A stretch of DNA of 63,898 nucleotides, the filler included. It is 6 parts of 6 records of this genome, joined end to end, with 100 filler letters (N's around TTAATTAATTAA, not from the genome) between each part and the next. Parts side by side here need not be neighbours in the genome. Positions count along the whole stretch, not along the records: positions 1 to 4,857 come from SRR20825010_3297; positions 4,958 to 9,456 come from SRR20825010_3312; positions 9,557 to 39,959 come from SRR20825010_3318; 3 more parts are not named here. The stretch is one strand, 5' to 3'. A model generated the notes under the pieces. That model had not been told where the DNA came from. It searched no databases and saw only the letters and a program-made list of their open reading frames with translations. A program made the position numbers and the translations under genes. Shown in pieces: positions 1 to 10,083 of the stretch (position 1 is its first letter; each line of letters starts with the position of its first letter).

Positions 1-594
1 CAATACAATATTGTCCCCGGTATTCTGGGTGTCATCCTCACACTCACCATGGTGATGTTCACGGCACTTGCAGTGACGCGCGAGATTGAACGCGGCACAA
101 TGGAAAACCTGCTGACCACGCCCGCTCGCCCTCTGGAAGTGATGATGGGAAAAATATTTCCCTATATCGCAGTTGGATACATCCAGACTGCTCTCATACT
201 AGTTGCTGCAAAATGGCTTTTCCATGTACCGATGGTGGGTAGCCTCACACTACTTTCAGCGGTTTTGTTTCTGTTTGTCGCCGCAAATCTGGCTGTCGGC
301 TTCACTTTCTCGACACTTGCCCGCAATCAACTACAGGCTGTGCAAATGGCCATTTTCTTCTTCCTACCATCCATCCTGCTTTCCGGATTCATGTTTCCGT
401 TTCAAGGCATGCCGACATGGGCACAGTGGATCGGAGAAGTTTTGCCACTGACACATTTCCTACGGATTGTGCGAGGCATCTTACTCAAGGGAAACAGTAC
501 CGGGGATATCCTAATGGATGTGGGCGCGATGACGCTCTTCCTGTTGGGCGCAACAGTGATTGCGCTCAATCGTTATAGGCAAACGCTGGACTAA
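1..594 (+). CDS. ABC-2 type transporter permease (YbhS/YbhR-like), 5'-truncated
   Basis: Frame is open from base 1 (QYNIVPGILGVILTLTM...). Contains REIERGTMENLLTTP and PSILLSGFMFP motifs and several TM helices. Confidence 0.9.
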   Translation, partial: QYNIVPGILGVILTLTMVMFTALAVTREIERGTMENLLTTPARPLEVMMGKIFPYIAVGYIQTALILVAAKWLFHVPMVGSLTLLSAVLFLFVAANLAVGFTFSTLARNQLQAVQMAIFFFLPSILLSGFMFPFQGMPTWAQWIGEVLPLTHFLRIVRGILLKGNSTGDILMDVGAMTLFLLGATVIALNRYRQTLD

Positions 595-597
595 AGC

Positions 598-1992
598 TCA
601 AAGACTGAACATCTTGCCCGGATTTAGGATATTCAAGGGATCAAGCGCCTGCTTGATCGTCCGCATCACCGCAACACCTTCGCCATGCTCTGCGACAAGA
701 AACTCCATCTTGCCCTCACCTATCCCGTGTTCACCAGTGCAAGTTCCGTCAAGCGCCAGAACGCGCATCACCATACGATCATGAATTTGTTGGGCCTCTG
801 CTACTTCCGCCGCATTTTCAGGATCGACCAGCATGATCAGATGAAAATTCCCATCGCCGACATGTCCGACCATGGGGGCCACAATATTCGATCGAGCGAG
901 ATCTTCTTTCGTGCCTTTCACTGCTTCAGCAAGATTGGAGATTGGCACACAAACATCAGTGATAAGCCCCTTCTTGCCCGGCTTAAGTGCGAGCGAGGCA
1001 TAGAGCGCATTGTGACGCGCCTCCCAAAGCTTGGTCCTGTCCTCTGCCAAAGTCGCCCATTGAAAGTCCCCACCACCATGCGACGATGTGATCTCGCCAA
1101 AACGCTGCGCCTGCTCGGCCACAGAGGCTTCGCTGCCATGAAATTCGACAAGGAGAAGCGGCGTCTCAGGCAGGTCAAGTTTTGAATAGGCGTTGCAGGC
1201 GGCCACCTGCACCTCGTCCAGAAATTCGATCCGCGCCATGGGTATGCCGGATTGAATTGTCTCAATAACAGCCGAAATTGCGTCTTCAAATCGAGCAAAC
1301 GACACAACACCGGAAGATATCGCTTCGGGAATACCGTAAAGCCGCAAGGTAAGTTCGGTAATAACTCCCAGCGTCCCTTCCGAACCAACCAGCAATCGCG
1401 TGAGATCATAACCGGCCGAGGATTTTCGGGCGCGGCGCGCTGTGCGAACGATCCGGCCATCGGCCATGACCGCGGTAACATTCAGCACATTTTCGCGCAT
1501 TGTCCCGTAGCGCACAGCATTGGTCCCTGATGCGCGCGTCGCAGCCATGCCGCCAAGACTGGCGTCTGCACCGGGATCAATCGGGAAAAACAAACCCTGA
1601 TCGCGCAAATGTATATTCAACGCCTTGCGGGTGACCCCTGCTTCCAGATGCACATCAAGGTCGTCGGCATTGACCTGAAGAATACGGTTCATCTGGCTGA
1701 GGTCCAGCGACAGCCCGCCAAATGGTGCCGAAATATGGCCTTCAAGCGATGTGCCGGTGCCAAAAGGGATGACCGGAAACTGGTGCCGCGCGCAGATTTT
1801 CACAATGGCTGCAACTTCATCCGTCGAGTGGGCAAACGCCACTGCATCGGGCGCTGCAACCGGGTGCCAGCTCTCATCACGACCATGCGCCTCGCGAATG
1901 GCAGCCGAAACAGACAGCCGATCTCCCAGCAATGCAGCCAACTCTTCCAGAACAGCACCGATGTTCTCGGCTTTGAAATTTGCCATACTCAT
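598..1992 (-). CDS. FAD-linked oxidase, D-lactate dehydrogenase (cytochrome)/GlcD family
   Basis: PFGTGTSLEG, DPGADASLGG, GSEGTLG, HVGDGNFH, GEHGIG and LNPGK motifs. Start placed at ATG 1992; the ORF track extends to TTG 2010. Confidence 0.9.
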   Translation of the reverse strand: MSMANFKAENIGAVLEELAALLGDRLSVSAAIREAHGRDESWHPVAAPDAVAFAHSTDEVAAIVKICARHQFPVIPFGTGTSLEGHISAPFGGLSLDLSQMNRILQVNADDLDVHLEAGVTRKALNIHLRDQGLFFPIDPGADASLGGMAATRASGTNAVRYGTMRENVLNVTAVMADGRIVRTARRARKSSAGYDLTRLLVGSEGTLGVITELTLRLYGIPEAISSGVVSFARFEDAISAVIETIQSGIPMARIEFLDEVQVAACNAYSKLDLPETPLLLVEFHGSEASVAEQAQRFGEITSSHGGGDFQWATLAEDRTKLWEARHNALYASLALKPGKKGLITDVCVPISNLAEAVKGTKEDLARSNIVAPMVGHVGDGNFHLIMLVDPENAAEVAEAQQIHDRMVMRVLALDGTCTGEHGIGEGKMEFLVAEHGEGVAVMRTIKQALDPLNILNPGKMFSL

Positions 1993-2081
1993 TTGCAGAT
2001 CAGCTTTCAAATTGCTTGCCTACCTGACCCTAACATAGTCAGAGACAGGCCGAAGCACATGAAATCGGGGAGAAGAAAAGT

Positions 2082-2585
2082 ATGAATGAGATCAATGTCG
2101 GAGCCGTATTCGAGTGCCCCCAGCGCAAAGTCGAAAACGCCTGGGTGGATCTCAATGGCCACATGAATATGGCCTATTACCACCTCGTTTTTGATGAATC
2201 GCTCGACACACTTTTTGCTACACTCGGCATAGGCTGGGCTTATACCCAACAAGGTATCGGCTCTTGCTTCACTGCGGAGGTCCATGTCTGCTATATCGAC
2301 GAAATGAAAGAAGGCGTGCCAATGCGCGTCACCTATCAATTGCTCGATTGGGATGCCAAACGCATCCACATATTCGGCCACATGTACCATGCCGAAACTG
2401 GCGAACTAGCGGCCACCTCAGAGCAAATGTGCATTCATGTCGATATGAGCACCCGCCGCGCGGCGCCTTTTCCCCAAACATCTCAGGACAAGATTGCTGC
2501 ACTCATGGCGGCGCATAAAAACCTACCCCGTCCAGAGCAGGCTGGACGCGTCATCGGTATCAAGCGGAAGGCGGCTGCGGAATAA
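2082..2585 (+). CDS. Acyl-CoA thioesterase, hotdog fold (4HBT/FcbC-like)
   Basis: WVDLNGHMNMAYY motif; 167 aa. Confidence 0.88.
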   Translation: MNEINVGAVFECPQRKVENAWVDLNGHMNMAYYHLVFDESLDTLFATLGIGWAYTQQGIGSCFTAEVHVCYIDEMKEGVPMRVTYQLLDWDAKRIHIFGHMYHAETGELAATSEQMCIHVDMSTRRAAPFPQTSQDKIAALMAAHKNLPRPEQAGRVIGIKRKAAAE

Positions 2586-3849
2586 ACTTCTTCGCCAATG
2601 CGTGATAGACGCCTTCCTTGCAAACAAGCTTTGAGGAGGCCTGTGCAATGAGGGCAGCTAGCATCAAAGGCACCACAAGATTGTGATTGGCGGTCATCTC
2701 GGCCACGATCACAAACGCTGTGATGGGTGCCTGCACAACACCGCTGAAATAGGAAACCATTCCAAGCAAAACCAGTGCGCCGATTGGCGTGGTGGGGAAT
2801 AGCCAAGCAAGGTCGGCACCTATGCCAGCACCCACCGATAGCGAGGGTGCAAAAATGCCACCTGGAATACCGCTGATTGAAGAAAGAACCGTGGCAAGAA
2901 ATTTCAGCGGTGCATAAAAGAAGGATAAATCTTTCTGATCATGCAGCACCTGACGCGCTTGATCATAGCCTGTGCCATAGACAGCCCCGCCCGATGCAAT
3001 GCCGCAAACAGCTACCAGCAAACCACAGCTTGCAGCAAAAAGAATTGGATGCGCTTTGATCCAGTCCCCCAAACGCCCGGGAAAGCCGAAAGCAAAAAGA
3101 ATAAGCAACCGACTGAACAAACCGCCGAGCAACCCGCCGACAACACCGCAAACCACAACAGCAAGCCAATCAAAGCCAAACGGCATGGCGGAACCAGACG
3201 AGCCGAAATAGGTGTAATTGCCCATGAAGGCGAGCGACGTCAGACCGGCAGCTATGATCGTACCGATCACCAATCCGCTGGCGCGAACTTCAAAAGACCG
3301 GCTCATTTCCTCAATACCGAAAACAATACCCGCCAAAGGCGTGTTGAAGGCAGCGGCAACACCGGCGGCGGCGCCTGCCAGAATAAGTCCCGGCTGATGG
3401 CGTTTTGAAAACCGGCCCATCGCAAACATAACCGACGCACCGACTTGCACAGTCGGACCTTCACGACCCGTTGAGGCGCCGACCATCAACCCCATAAGCG
3501 TAAGCAGAATTTTACCAAAAGCTATACGAAGCGAGACAAGCGAACTGCGCGTTGCAACGTCCTTGGTTGTGCGCGCTGCAATGGCTTGCGGAATGCCGCT
3601 ACCGCCTGAATTGGGAAAAAACCGATTGGTCAGGTAGAGAGTAAATGCAAAACCAAGCGGCGTGACAATGAGAGGGGCATAAGGCCAGACACCGGTGAAG
3701 CGATGAAACTGCTCCTGCACAAAATCCGAGGCAATGGCCAGACCGACGGCAGCCGCACCAACAATCAGGCCGCCGACGACAAACATCAACCGGCGCTGCC
3801 AGCGCCGTGAATAGACGTAATAAAGTCGTCTGGCCCGCCTTTTGTGCAT
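2560..3849 (-). CDS. ClC-family chloride channel / H+:Cl- antiporter, no CBS domains
   Basis: Signature motifs GSGIP, GREGP, GIFAP and AAFNTPLAG; highly hydrophobic. Its 3' end overlaps the thioesterase 3' end by 26 nt. Confidence 0.93.
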   Translation of the reverse strand: MHKRRARRLYYVYSRRWQRRLMFVVGGLIVGAAAVGLAIASDFVQEQFHRFTGVWPYAPLIVTPLGFAFTLYLTNRFFPNSGGSGIPQAIAARTTKDVATRSSLVSLRIAFGKILLTLMGLMVGASTGREGPTVQVGASVMFAMGRFSKRHQPGLILAGAAAGVAAAFNTPLAGIVFGIEEMSRSFEVRASGLVIGTIIAAGLTSLAFMGNYTYFGSSGSAMPFGFDWLAVVVCGVVGGLLGGLFSRLLILFAFGFPGRLGDWIKAHPILFAASCGLLVAVCGIASGGAVYGTGYDQARQVLHDQKDLSFFYAPLKFLATVLSSISGIPGGIFAPSLSVGAGIGADLAWLFPTTPIGALVLLGMVSYFSGVVQAPITAFVIVAEMTANHNLVVPLMLAALIAQASSKLVCKEGVYHALAKKFIPQPPSA

Positions 3850-4094
3850 GATCTTGCCGCGCCGTCTGTATAGTCAAAGATAATCAGGCGGTTCACAAAA
3901 CTGCCCTCCCCCCTTATCTATCGGCCATGGCCTCCGAAACCAAGCCATCATTGGCAAAAGGGGCCAGAAGCACAGGAAAGCCACACCGAATTGAGCCATT
4001 TTGGCGTGCTATAGTGCTTGGATTCGCAAATCTGACCGACAAGTCGCCATTTTGTGACGGCCACTCATTCAAAGTCCGGACCTGAAAAAATTCA

Positions 4095-4857
4095 ATGACC
4101 GATCCTTTCGACCTAGGTGCTATTCCCGAACATGACACTGCCCGCAGCACCAGCGCGAAGGCATTGGCGGGAATGCATGCACCCTATCTGGAGGGACTGA
4201 ACGAGGCGCAACGCGAGGCTGTCGAAGCGCTTGACGGGCCGGTTCTGGTCTTAGCAGGCGCAGGCACGGGCAAAACTCGCGTTCTGACCACACGACTAGC
4301 CCATTTGCTGGCCACCAAACGGGCCTGGCCCAGCGAGGTGTTGGCTGTGACCTTCACCAATAAGGCCGCGCGCGAAATGAAAGAGCGTATCGGCCACCTG
4401 ATCGGCGGTGTGGTCGAAGGCATGCAGTGGCTTGGCACATTCCATGCGATCGGCGCAAAAATGTTGCGCCGTCATGCGGAACTTGCAGGTCTGCGTTCAG
4501 ATTTCACAATCCTGGATACTGACGACCAGTTGCGGCTGCTCAAGCAACTCATCTCGGCAGAAAATATCGACGAAAAACGCTGGCCTGCCCGTCAACTGGC
4601 CTCCGATATTGACGGTTGGAAAAACCGCGGCCTAACACCGGACAAAGTACCCGTAGGTGAAGCCCATGCTTTTGCAAATGGCAAAGGCGGCGAGCTCTAT
4701 GCAGCCTATCAGGCGCGCCTCAAAGTTCTGAATGCCGTCGACTTCGGCGATCTCCTGCTGGAAACCCTGCGCATCTTTCAGGAAAATCCGGCCATCCTTG
4801 CCGAGTATCAGGATCGCTTCAAATATATGCTGGTGGACGAATATCAGGACACCAACG
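4095..4857 (+). CDS. uvrD: UvrD/PcrA SF1 DNA helicase, 3'-truncated
   Basis: LNEAQREAV, AGAGTGKT, TFTNKAA and VDEYQDTN motifs; runs into the N-linker. Confidence 0.93.
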
Positions 4858-4957
4858 NNNNNNNNNNNNNNNNNNNNNNNNNNNNNNNNNNNNNNNNNNN
4901 NTTAATTAATTAANNNNNNNNNNNNNNNNNNNNNNNNNNNNNNNNNNNNNNNNNNNN
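4858..4957. other. Artificial contig linker (N44-TTAATTAATTAA-N44)
   Basis: N run with a six-frame stop spacer. Confidence 0.99.
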
Positions 4958-5209
4958 AGGCCCCCAGCTTTGCCGTCCAATGCATGCCCCGCCGCGAAAC
5001 GCTGAGATAGGTCGGGCTTTCGAGTATTTGACCTGACGTTGCCAAAGTTCAAAAGGTGGAAGGGGGCGGTATGCCAGAGGCATGCTTGCAGCATGACCCT
5101 CTCGGCCTTCGGCCTCACCCCGGGGTGTTTCAGGACGGTAAAAGCCGGATCGGGGGAAGTGCAGGTGGGGTTCCGCATCACGGGCGGACGTGGGCGGGGG
5201 AACTGGCGG

Positions 5210-5866
5210 TTAAATTGGCGCGATCAGGTCGGGGCCTTTGGCGCGATTCGAGTTCACCGCAGGGTCGACCCGGTGAAAGCGGAGCGCGTCTTCTGGCGCG
5301 GCGGTCATCAAGGTGGCCGCGCCGGGACCGTCTTCGCCCAGCCATTTGCCCCAGGTGTCGGGGGAGAGGATCACCGGCATGCGGTGATGGATTTCCGACA
5401 GGGTGTCATTTGCGGCGCAAGTGACGATGGCGCAGGAGCGAAAGGCCTGTCCATCCCGTTCCCAATCTTGCCAAACCCCGGCAAAAACCAGTGGGGCGTC
5501 GTTGGTCGTATGGATGTACCAGGGCAGGCGGTTGTCCTCGCTGTCCTTGGTCCATTCGTAAAAGCCGGTGCAGGGGATCAGGCAGCGCCGTTCGCGGCAC
5601 GCGGCCTTGAAGGCGGGTTTTTCGGCGATGGTCTCTGCCCGCGCATTGATCAGCAGCGGGCCGCCATTGGGGGTCTTGTACCAGTGCGGCAGGAACCCCC
5701 AGCGCATAGAGACAAGGCGGCGAGTTTCGTCCGCCATCACCGTGTGGATCTGCGTTGTCGGGCAGACGTTGTAGTTGGGCACCTCTGGCAGGTCGTTCGA
5801 GGGGGCCGCCTTGAACAGTTGCGCCATGGCGTCGGGGGGCAGGGTGACCGCAAACCGCCCACACAT
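5210..5866 (-). CDS. SOS response-associated peptidase (SRAP, YedK/HMCES family; abasic-site binding)
   Basis: N-terminal MCGRF with catalytic Cys2; NARAET, GFYEW and HHRMPV motifs. Confidence 0.95.
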   Translation of the reverse strand: MCGRFAVTLPPDAMAQLFKAAPSNDLPEVPNYNVCPTTQIHTVMADETRRLVSMRWGFLPHWYKTPNGGPLLINARAETIAEKPAFKAACRERRCLIPCTGFYEWTKDSEDNRLPWYIHTTNDAPLVFAGVWQDWERDGQAFRSCAIVTCAANDTLSEIHHRMPVILSPDTWGKWLGEDGPGAATLMTAAPEDALRFHRVDPAVNSNRAKGPDLIAPI

Positions 5867-5869
5867 GGA

Positions 5870-7063
5870 TCAGAGCCCGAAGCGGGAGTAATGCAGCAGG
5901 CCCCAAGCCGTCAGTTCGCGTTCCAGACGGCCCCAAAGATCGGCAAAGCGCAGCGGGTCCATTTTTGTGACCTCGCGGATTTCAGCAAGGCTGCGACGGT
6001 TGTTGATGGCGGCCATCAGCGGCGCGCAGTCGCGCGGGATACGCATCTGCACATCGGCCTCTTTCAGAGTGATGGGCAGTGGGCGGCCCTGTGCCACGGC
6101 CTGCGCCGGTTTGCGCATATCGCTGGTGGGCGAACGCGGGATCAGGCTTTGTTTTGATCCGCGCGCGATGGGGCGGTCCTCATCGGCGGGCACAAGATAG
6201 CCGAGGTGCTTTTTCATCGTGCCGCGCAGTTTTTCGGCCAGCGCCATGGCGGTGGCGTCGTCCATATCCTTGGGCCGGTCGGTGATGCGGGCCAGATCAT
6301 AGAGGCCGGGGGGCAGCAGCGACTGCAGTTTCCAGCCCGTCCGCTCCAGCGTGGCCAGCAGGCGCGGGATGTCAAAGGGCGTGTCCTGTCCGTGCAGCAG
6401 CAGGTCATAAAAGCCCGCGTCGCTTTGTTTGTGATCGGTGACATTGCCGTTGGCGGCAAAGGAGTGGCCCTTGTGCAGGGTGCCGACGAGCTTTTTCGCC
6501 TTGGACAGCCGCACCTGTGGGGCCATGCCGTCGAACAACGTGCCAAAGGCCTCTTGTAGCTGGTAGATGCCGGAGCGGCCGTAGGGCGCGTAAACCATGA
6601 ACCCCATGCCGCCGCCGGGGGCGACGGCGGCGCGCAGGGCGGCAAAGCCCGCGTCCGGGTCGGGCAGATGGTGCAGCACGCCGCAGCAGTCGATATAGTC
6701 AAAAGGGCCATGATCCGGCGCATCCAGCAGGCTGCCGGTGACGAAGGTGATGCCCGTCAGGCCGCGCGCCTTGGCCCGCGCCTCGGCAACTGCGCGCGAG
6801 GCCTTGGAGAGGTCCAGATAGGTGATCTCATAGGGGGCGCCCGCGCTGGTCATCATCTGGGCGATCTGGATCAGTGCATCACCGGTGCCGCCGCCTGCGA
6901 CCAGAACCCGCAGCGTTTGCGACCAGTCGCGCTGACCCTGAAACAGGTAGTGATCGATTTCCAGTGGATGTGACGGCGAGCCGGTGATCAGGCGCTTTTT
7001 CTCATCCGCCGGGTCACGTTCCGGGTAGGGATAGCTTTCGTACTGTTCCTTGACCGATACCAT
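5870..7063 (-). CDS. Class I SAM-dependent methyltransferase with C-terminal extension
   Basis: QYESYPYP, VLVAGGGTG and FDYIDCCGVLHHLPDP motifs. ATG 7063 is preceded by GGGAGA; the ORF track start at 7120 is probably too long. Confidence 0.88.
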   Translation of the reverse strand: MVSVKEQYESYPYPERDPADEKKRLITGSPSHPLEIDHYLFQGQRDWSQTLRVLVAGGGTGDALIQIAQMMTSAGAPYEITYLDLSKASRAVAEARAKARGLTGITFVTGSLLDAPDHGPFDYIDCCGVLHHLPDPDAGFAALRAAVAPGGGMGFMVYAPYGRSGIYQLQEAFGTLFDGMAPQVRLSKAKKLVGTLHKGHSFAANGNVTDHKQSDAGFYDLLLHGQDTPFDIPRLLATLERTGWKLQSLLPPGLYDLARITDRPKDMDDATAMALAEKLRGTMKKHLGYLVPADEDRPIARGSKQSLIPRSPTSDMRKPAQAVAQGRPLPITLKEADVQMRIPRDCAPLMAAINNRRSLAEIREVTKMDPLRFADLWGRLERELTAWGLLHYSRFGL

Positions 7064-7142
7064 GCGCGCGTCTCCCTGCTGCTGCGCCCCGGTTTGCCCC
7101 AGAAGCACGGCGGGGGACAAGCCTTGATCTTGGCGCGCGCTG

Positions 7143-7442
7143 TCAGCGACGTTTGGCGATCTCCAGCCGGGTATCGGCGAGCGCGATGTCGCGGATCAGA
7201 GCCGCGCGGGCGCTGCGGTCGTGCGTGTCGCGCAGACGTTCGCGCAGGGTGGCCAGTTCGAGGAGGAGGGCGACCTCTTCGGGGACGGCGCCGTTCTCTT
7301 TCAGGATGCGGGTCATGACCGCGTTTTGCGGGTCGTCGCAGGCGGGCAGCGGGCGGCCCGCGCCCTTGAGATTGTCGAAAGCGCCAGAGCGTTCTGCCGC
7401 CTCGATGCGGGCGTTGATGAGTTCGAGCAACGGGTGGTCCAT
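7143..7442 (-). CDS. DUF1992 family protein (99 aa)
   Basis: IEAAERSGAFDNLKGAGRPL and RILKENGAVPEE match the DUF1992 pattern; ATG at 7442. Confidence 0.82.
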   Translation of the reverse strand: MDHPLLELINARIEAAERSGAFDNLKGAGRPLPACDDPQNAVMTRILKENGAVPEEVALLLELATLRERLRDTHDRSARAALIRDIALADTRLEIAKRR

Positions 7443-7648
7443 AAGGCGTTTCATTGCCACAAATTCGATCTCTGTGAAAGACATGTCGCGTAAAGCCCGG
7501 CCAGAGCGCCCGCAAACGACAAGCTGCCGGCCTAATGGCAGGTAAAACGCTGCGTCACCACATGATTGCCGCCGCGTTGCGCGCACTTGCGTGAAATGGC
7601 AAAGGCTCACACACTGGCGGCAACGAAAAAACGGGAGGAGAGACGCCC

Positions 7649-9456
7649 ATGACCTATGCGGGAGTGGACGATCGCAATGCAATCGTGGCCGAAGGCCCTT
7701 GGGCAGAGCGGGATATTCCGCCGACGCTGTGGGGGCAGTTGACGCGCACGGCGACGCGGTTTCCGGGCCGACCTGCAGTCAGTTATCAGCTGCTGTCCGG
7801 TCCGACTGACAAGGCTGAAACCCTGACATGGGCCGATGTGCAGGCGCAGACCGCGCAGGCGGCGAACCTGTTCCGCAGTCTGGGTGTGGGGAAAAACGAC
7901 GTGGTGGCCTATGTGCTGCCCAACTGCAATGAGACCATCGCCGTGCTGCTGGGCGGCATGGTGGCGGGGATCGTGAACCCGATCAACCCGCTGCTGGAGC
8001 CGGAACAGATCGCGTCGATCCTGCGCGAGACGGACGCCAAGGTTGTGGTCACGCTCAAGGCGTTTCCCAAGTCTGACATCGCGCAGAAGATGGCCGAGGC
8101 GGTGCGCAATGCGCCACATGTGCATACGGTGCTGGAGGTCGATCTCAACCGCTATCTGACCCCGCCCAAAAGCTGGATCGTGCCGTTTGTGCGGCCCAAG
8201 AACCCGGGCAACCATCACGCCGACATCAAGGATTTCCGCAAGGAAATGGCCAAGCAGCCCAAGACGCTGGCCTTTGCGGATGGCACGGCGGACCGTGTGG
8301 CGGCCTATTTCCACACCGGCGGCACGACCGGCATGCCCAAGGTTGCACAGCACACCTATTCCGGGATGCTCTACAATGGCTGGCTGGGCGATACGCTGTT
8401 GTTCAGCGAAGACGACAGCGTCATGTGCCCCTTGCCGCTGTTCCACGTTTTTGCGTGCCATGTGATCCTGATGGCCATGGTGTTTTCGGGTGCACATGTG
8501 GTCTTCCCGACCCCTGCGGGCTATCGGGGTGAGGGTGTGTTCGACAATTTCTGGAAGTTGTGCGAACGCTGGAAGACGACCTTTGTCATCACCGTGCCCA
8601 CGGCGGTATCGGCGCTGATGCAGCGCAAGGTGGACGCCGACATCTCATCCATCAAGACGGCGTTTTCCGGTTCCTCGCCCATGCCGCTAGAGCTGTTCAA
8701 GCGGTTTGAAGCGGCCTGCGGTGTCACCGTATGCGAAGGGTATGGCCTGACCGAGGCGACCTGCCTTGTCTCGGTCAATCCGGTGGATGGTGAAAAGAAA
8801 GTCGGCTCTGTCGGGATCGCCTTGCCCTATACAGACGTCCGGATCATCCGGATGGTCGAGGGGGAGCCGGTGGAATGTGGTGTCGACGAGATCGGAGAGA
8901 TCTGCGTGTCCAACCCCGGTGTCTATGCGGGCAAGACCTATACCGAGGCGGCCAAGAATGCGGATCTGTTCCACTATGGCACCCATCTGCGGACCGGTGA
9001 TCTGGGACGCATCGATGCAGATGGCTATATCTGGATCACCGGGCGGGCCAAGGATCTGATCATCCGTGGTGGTCACAACATTGACCCGGCGGAAATCGAA
9101 GAGGCGCTGCTGGCGCATCCGGCGGTTGCCTTTGCCGGGGCCATCGGCCAGCCCGATGCGCACTCGGGCGAGCTGCCCTGTGCTTTCGTCGAACTGGTGG
9201 CCGGTGCCGAGGTGACAGAGGCAGAGTTGCTGGAGCACGCCCGCATTCATGTGCATGAACGCGCCGCACATCCCAAGCACATGACCATCCTGCCGGAACT
9301 GCCCAAGACAGCGGTCGGCAAGGTGTTCAAGCCGGATCTGCGCAAACATGCGATCACGCGCGTCTACAACGACGCGCTGGAAAAGGCGGGCTGTGCTGCG
9401 CGCGTCGTGGCGGTGGTCGACGACAAGAGCCGGGGTCTGGTGGCACAGGTGCAGGC
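7649..9456 (+). CDS. Acyl-CoA synthetase / AMP-binding enzyme, 3'-truncated
   Basis: FHTGGTTGMPK, GYGLTE, TGDLG, GRAKDLIIRGG and PKTAVGK motifs; GGAGGAG RBS upstream. Confidence 0.95.
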
Positions 9457-9556
9457 NNNNNNNNNNNNNNNNNNNNNNNNNNNNNNNNNNNNNNNNNNNN
9501 TTAATTAATTAANNNNNNNNNNNNNNNNNNNNNNNNNNNNNNNNNNNNNNNNNNNN
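9457..9556. other. Artificial contig linker
   Basis: N run with TTAATTAATTAA. Confidence 0.99.
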
Positions 9557-9701
9557 GATTGTGTGGTGTTGGTGAAGAACTGGTTTGTTCTTTTGTTTTT
9601 TTGGTGGTTGCACTTTGCGCCTTTGGGGATGGTCGGCATAACTTTGCACCGCTCGCGATGAGGCGAGGGATGACTGTTTGCTTGCACCGGAGAGATCAAC
9701 T

Positions 9702-10073
9702 GTGACTCAACACCAACCTTATGAATCGCCGAGCGTTCCCACAGAATCTGCCGCTCCTTCCAAGAGCGTGTTTGGAAAGATAGCGACCGCGGTTCTTACG
9801 CTTGGATTGATGGTCCTGGCATATGGAGCGATCGCCTTTTGGGTGCTGCCATTTCTTCCGCCCAATAGTGAATCGGAAGGTCGGTTGCCGAGCCTGACCG
9901 TGATGGGCGCGGGCGTGTTAGTGACCGTGGTGGGACTGGTTCTCCGGAGTCTGACAACGAGCAAGGATCCTGAACCCAATGTGAATCAGCCGAAGAAGAT
10001 TCCGGCGATGTATGGGGTTGCGATTTTGCTGGGAATTCTTGGGCTGGTGTTCTTTGTGATCACCCGTCTGTAG
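9702..10073 (+). CDS. Hypothetical membrane protein (3 predicted TM segments)
   Basis: Three hydrophobic stretches. GTG 9702 is preceded by GGAGA; the ORF track starts at 9678. Confidence 0.65.
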   Translation: MTQHQPYESPSVPTESAAPSKSVFGKIATAVLTLGLMVLAYGAIAFWVLPFLPPNSESEGRLPSLTVMGAGVLVTVVGLVLRSLTTSKDPEPNVNQPKKIPAMYGVAILLGILGLVFFVITRL

Positions 10074-10083
10074 TTCGCGGCGG

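Noticed and set aside
3850-4094. Possible fluoride riboswitch or fluoride exporter at the ClC gene
   Set aside because: No convincing crcB-motif match upstream, and the protein has GSGIP/GREGP rather than the GNNLI/GREGT of fluoride-specific ClCs.
4958-5181. Possible minus-strand gene start at the contig edge
   Set aside because: Too short, with no recognisable motif.
5039-6157. 372-aa plus-strand ORF
   Set aside because: Antisense shadow of the SRAP and methyltransferase genes in GC-rich DNA; no motifs.
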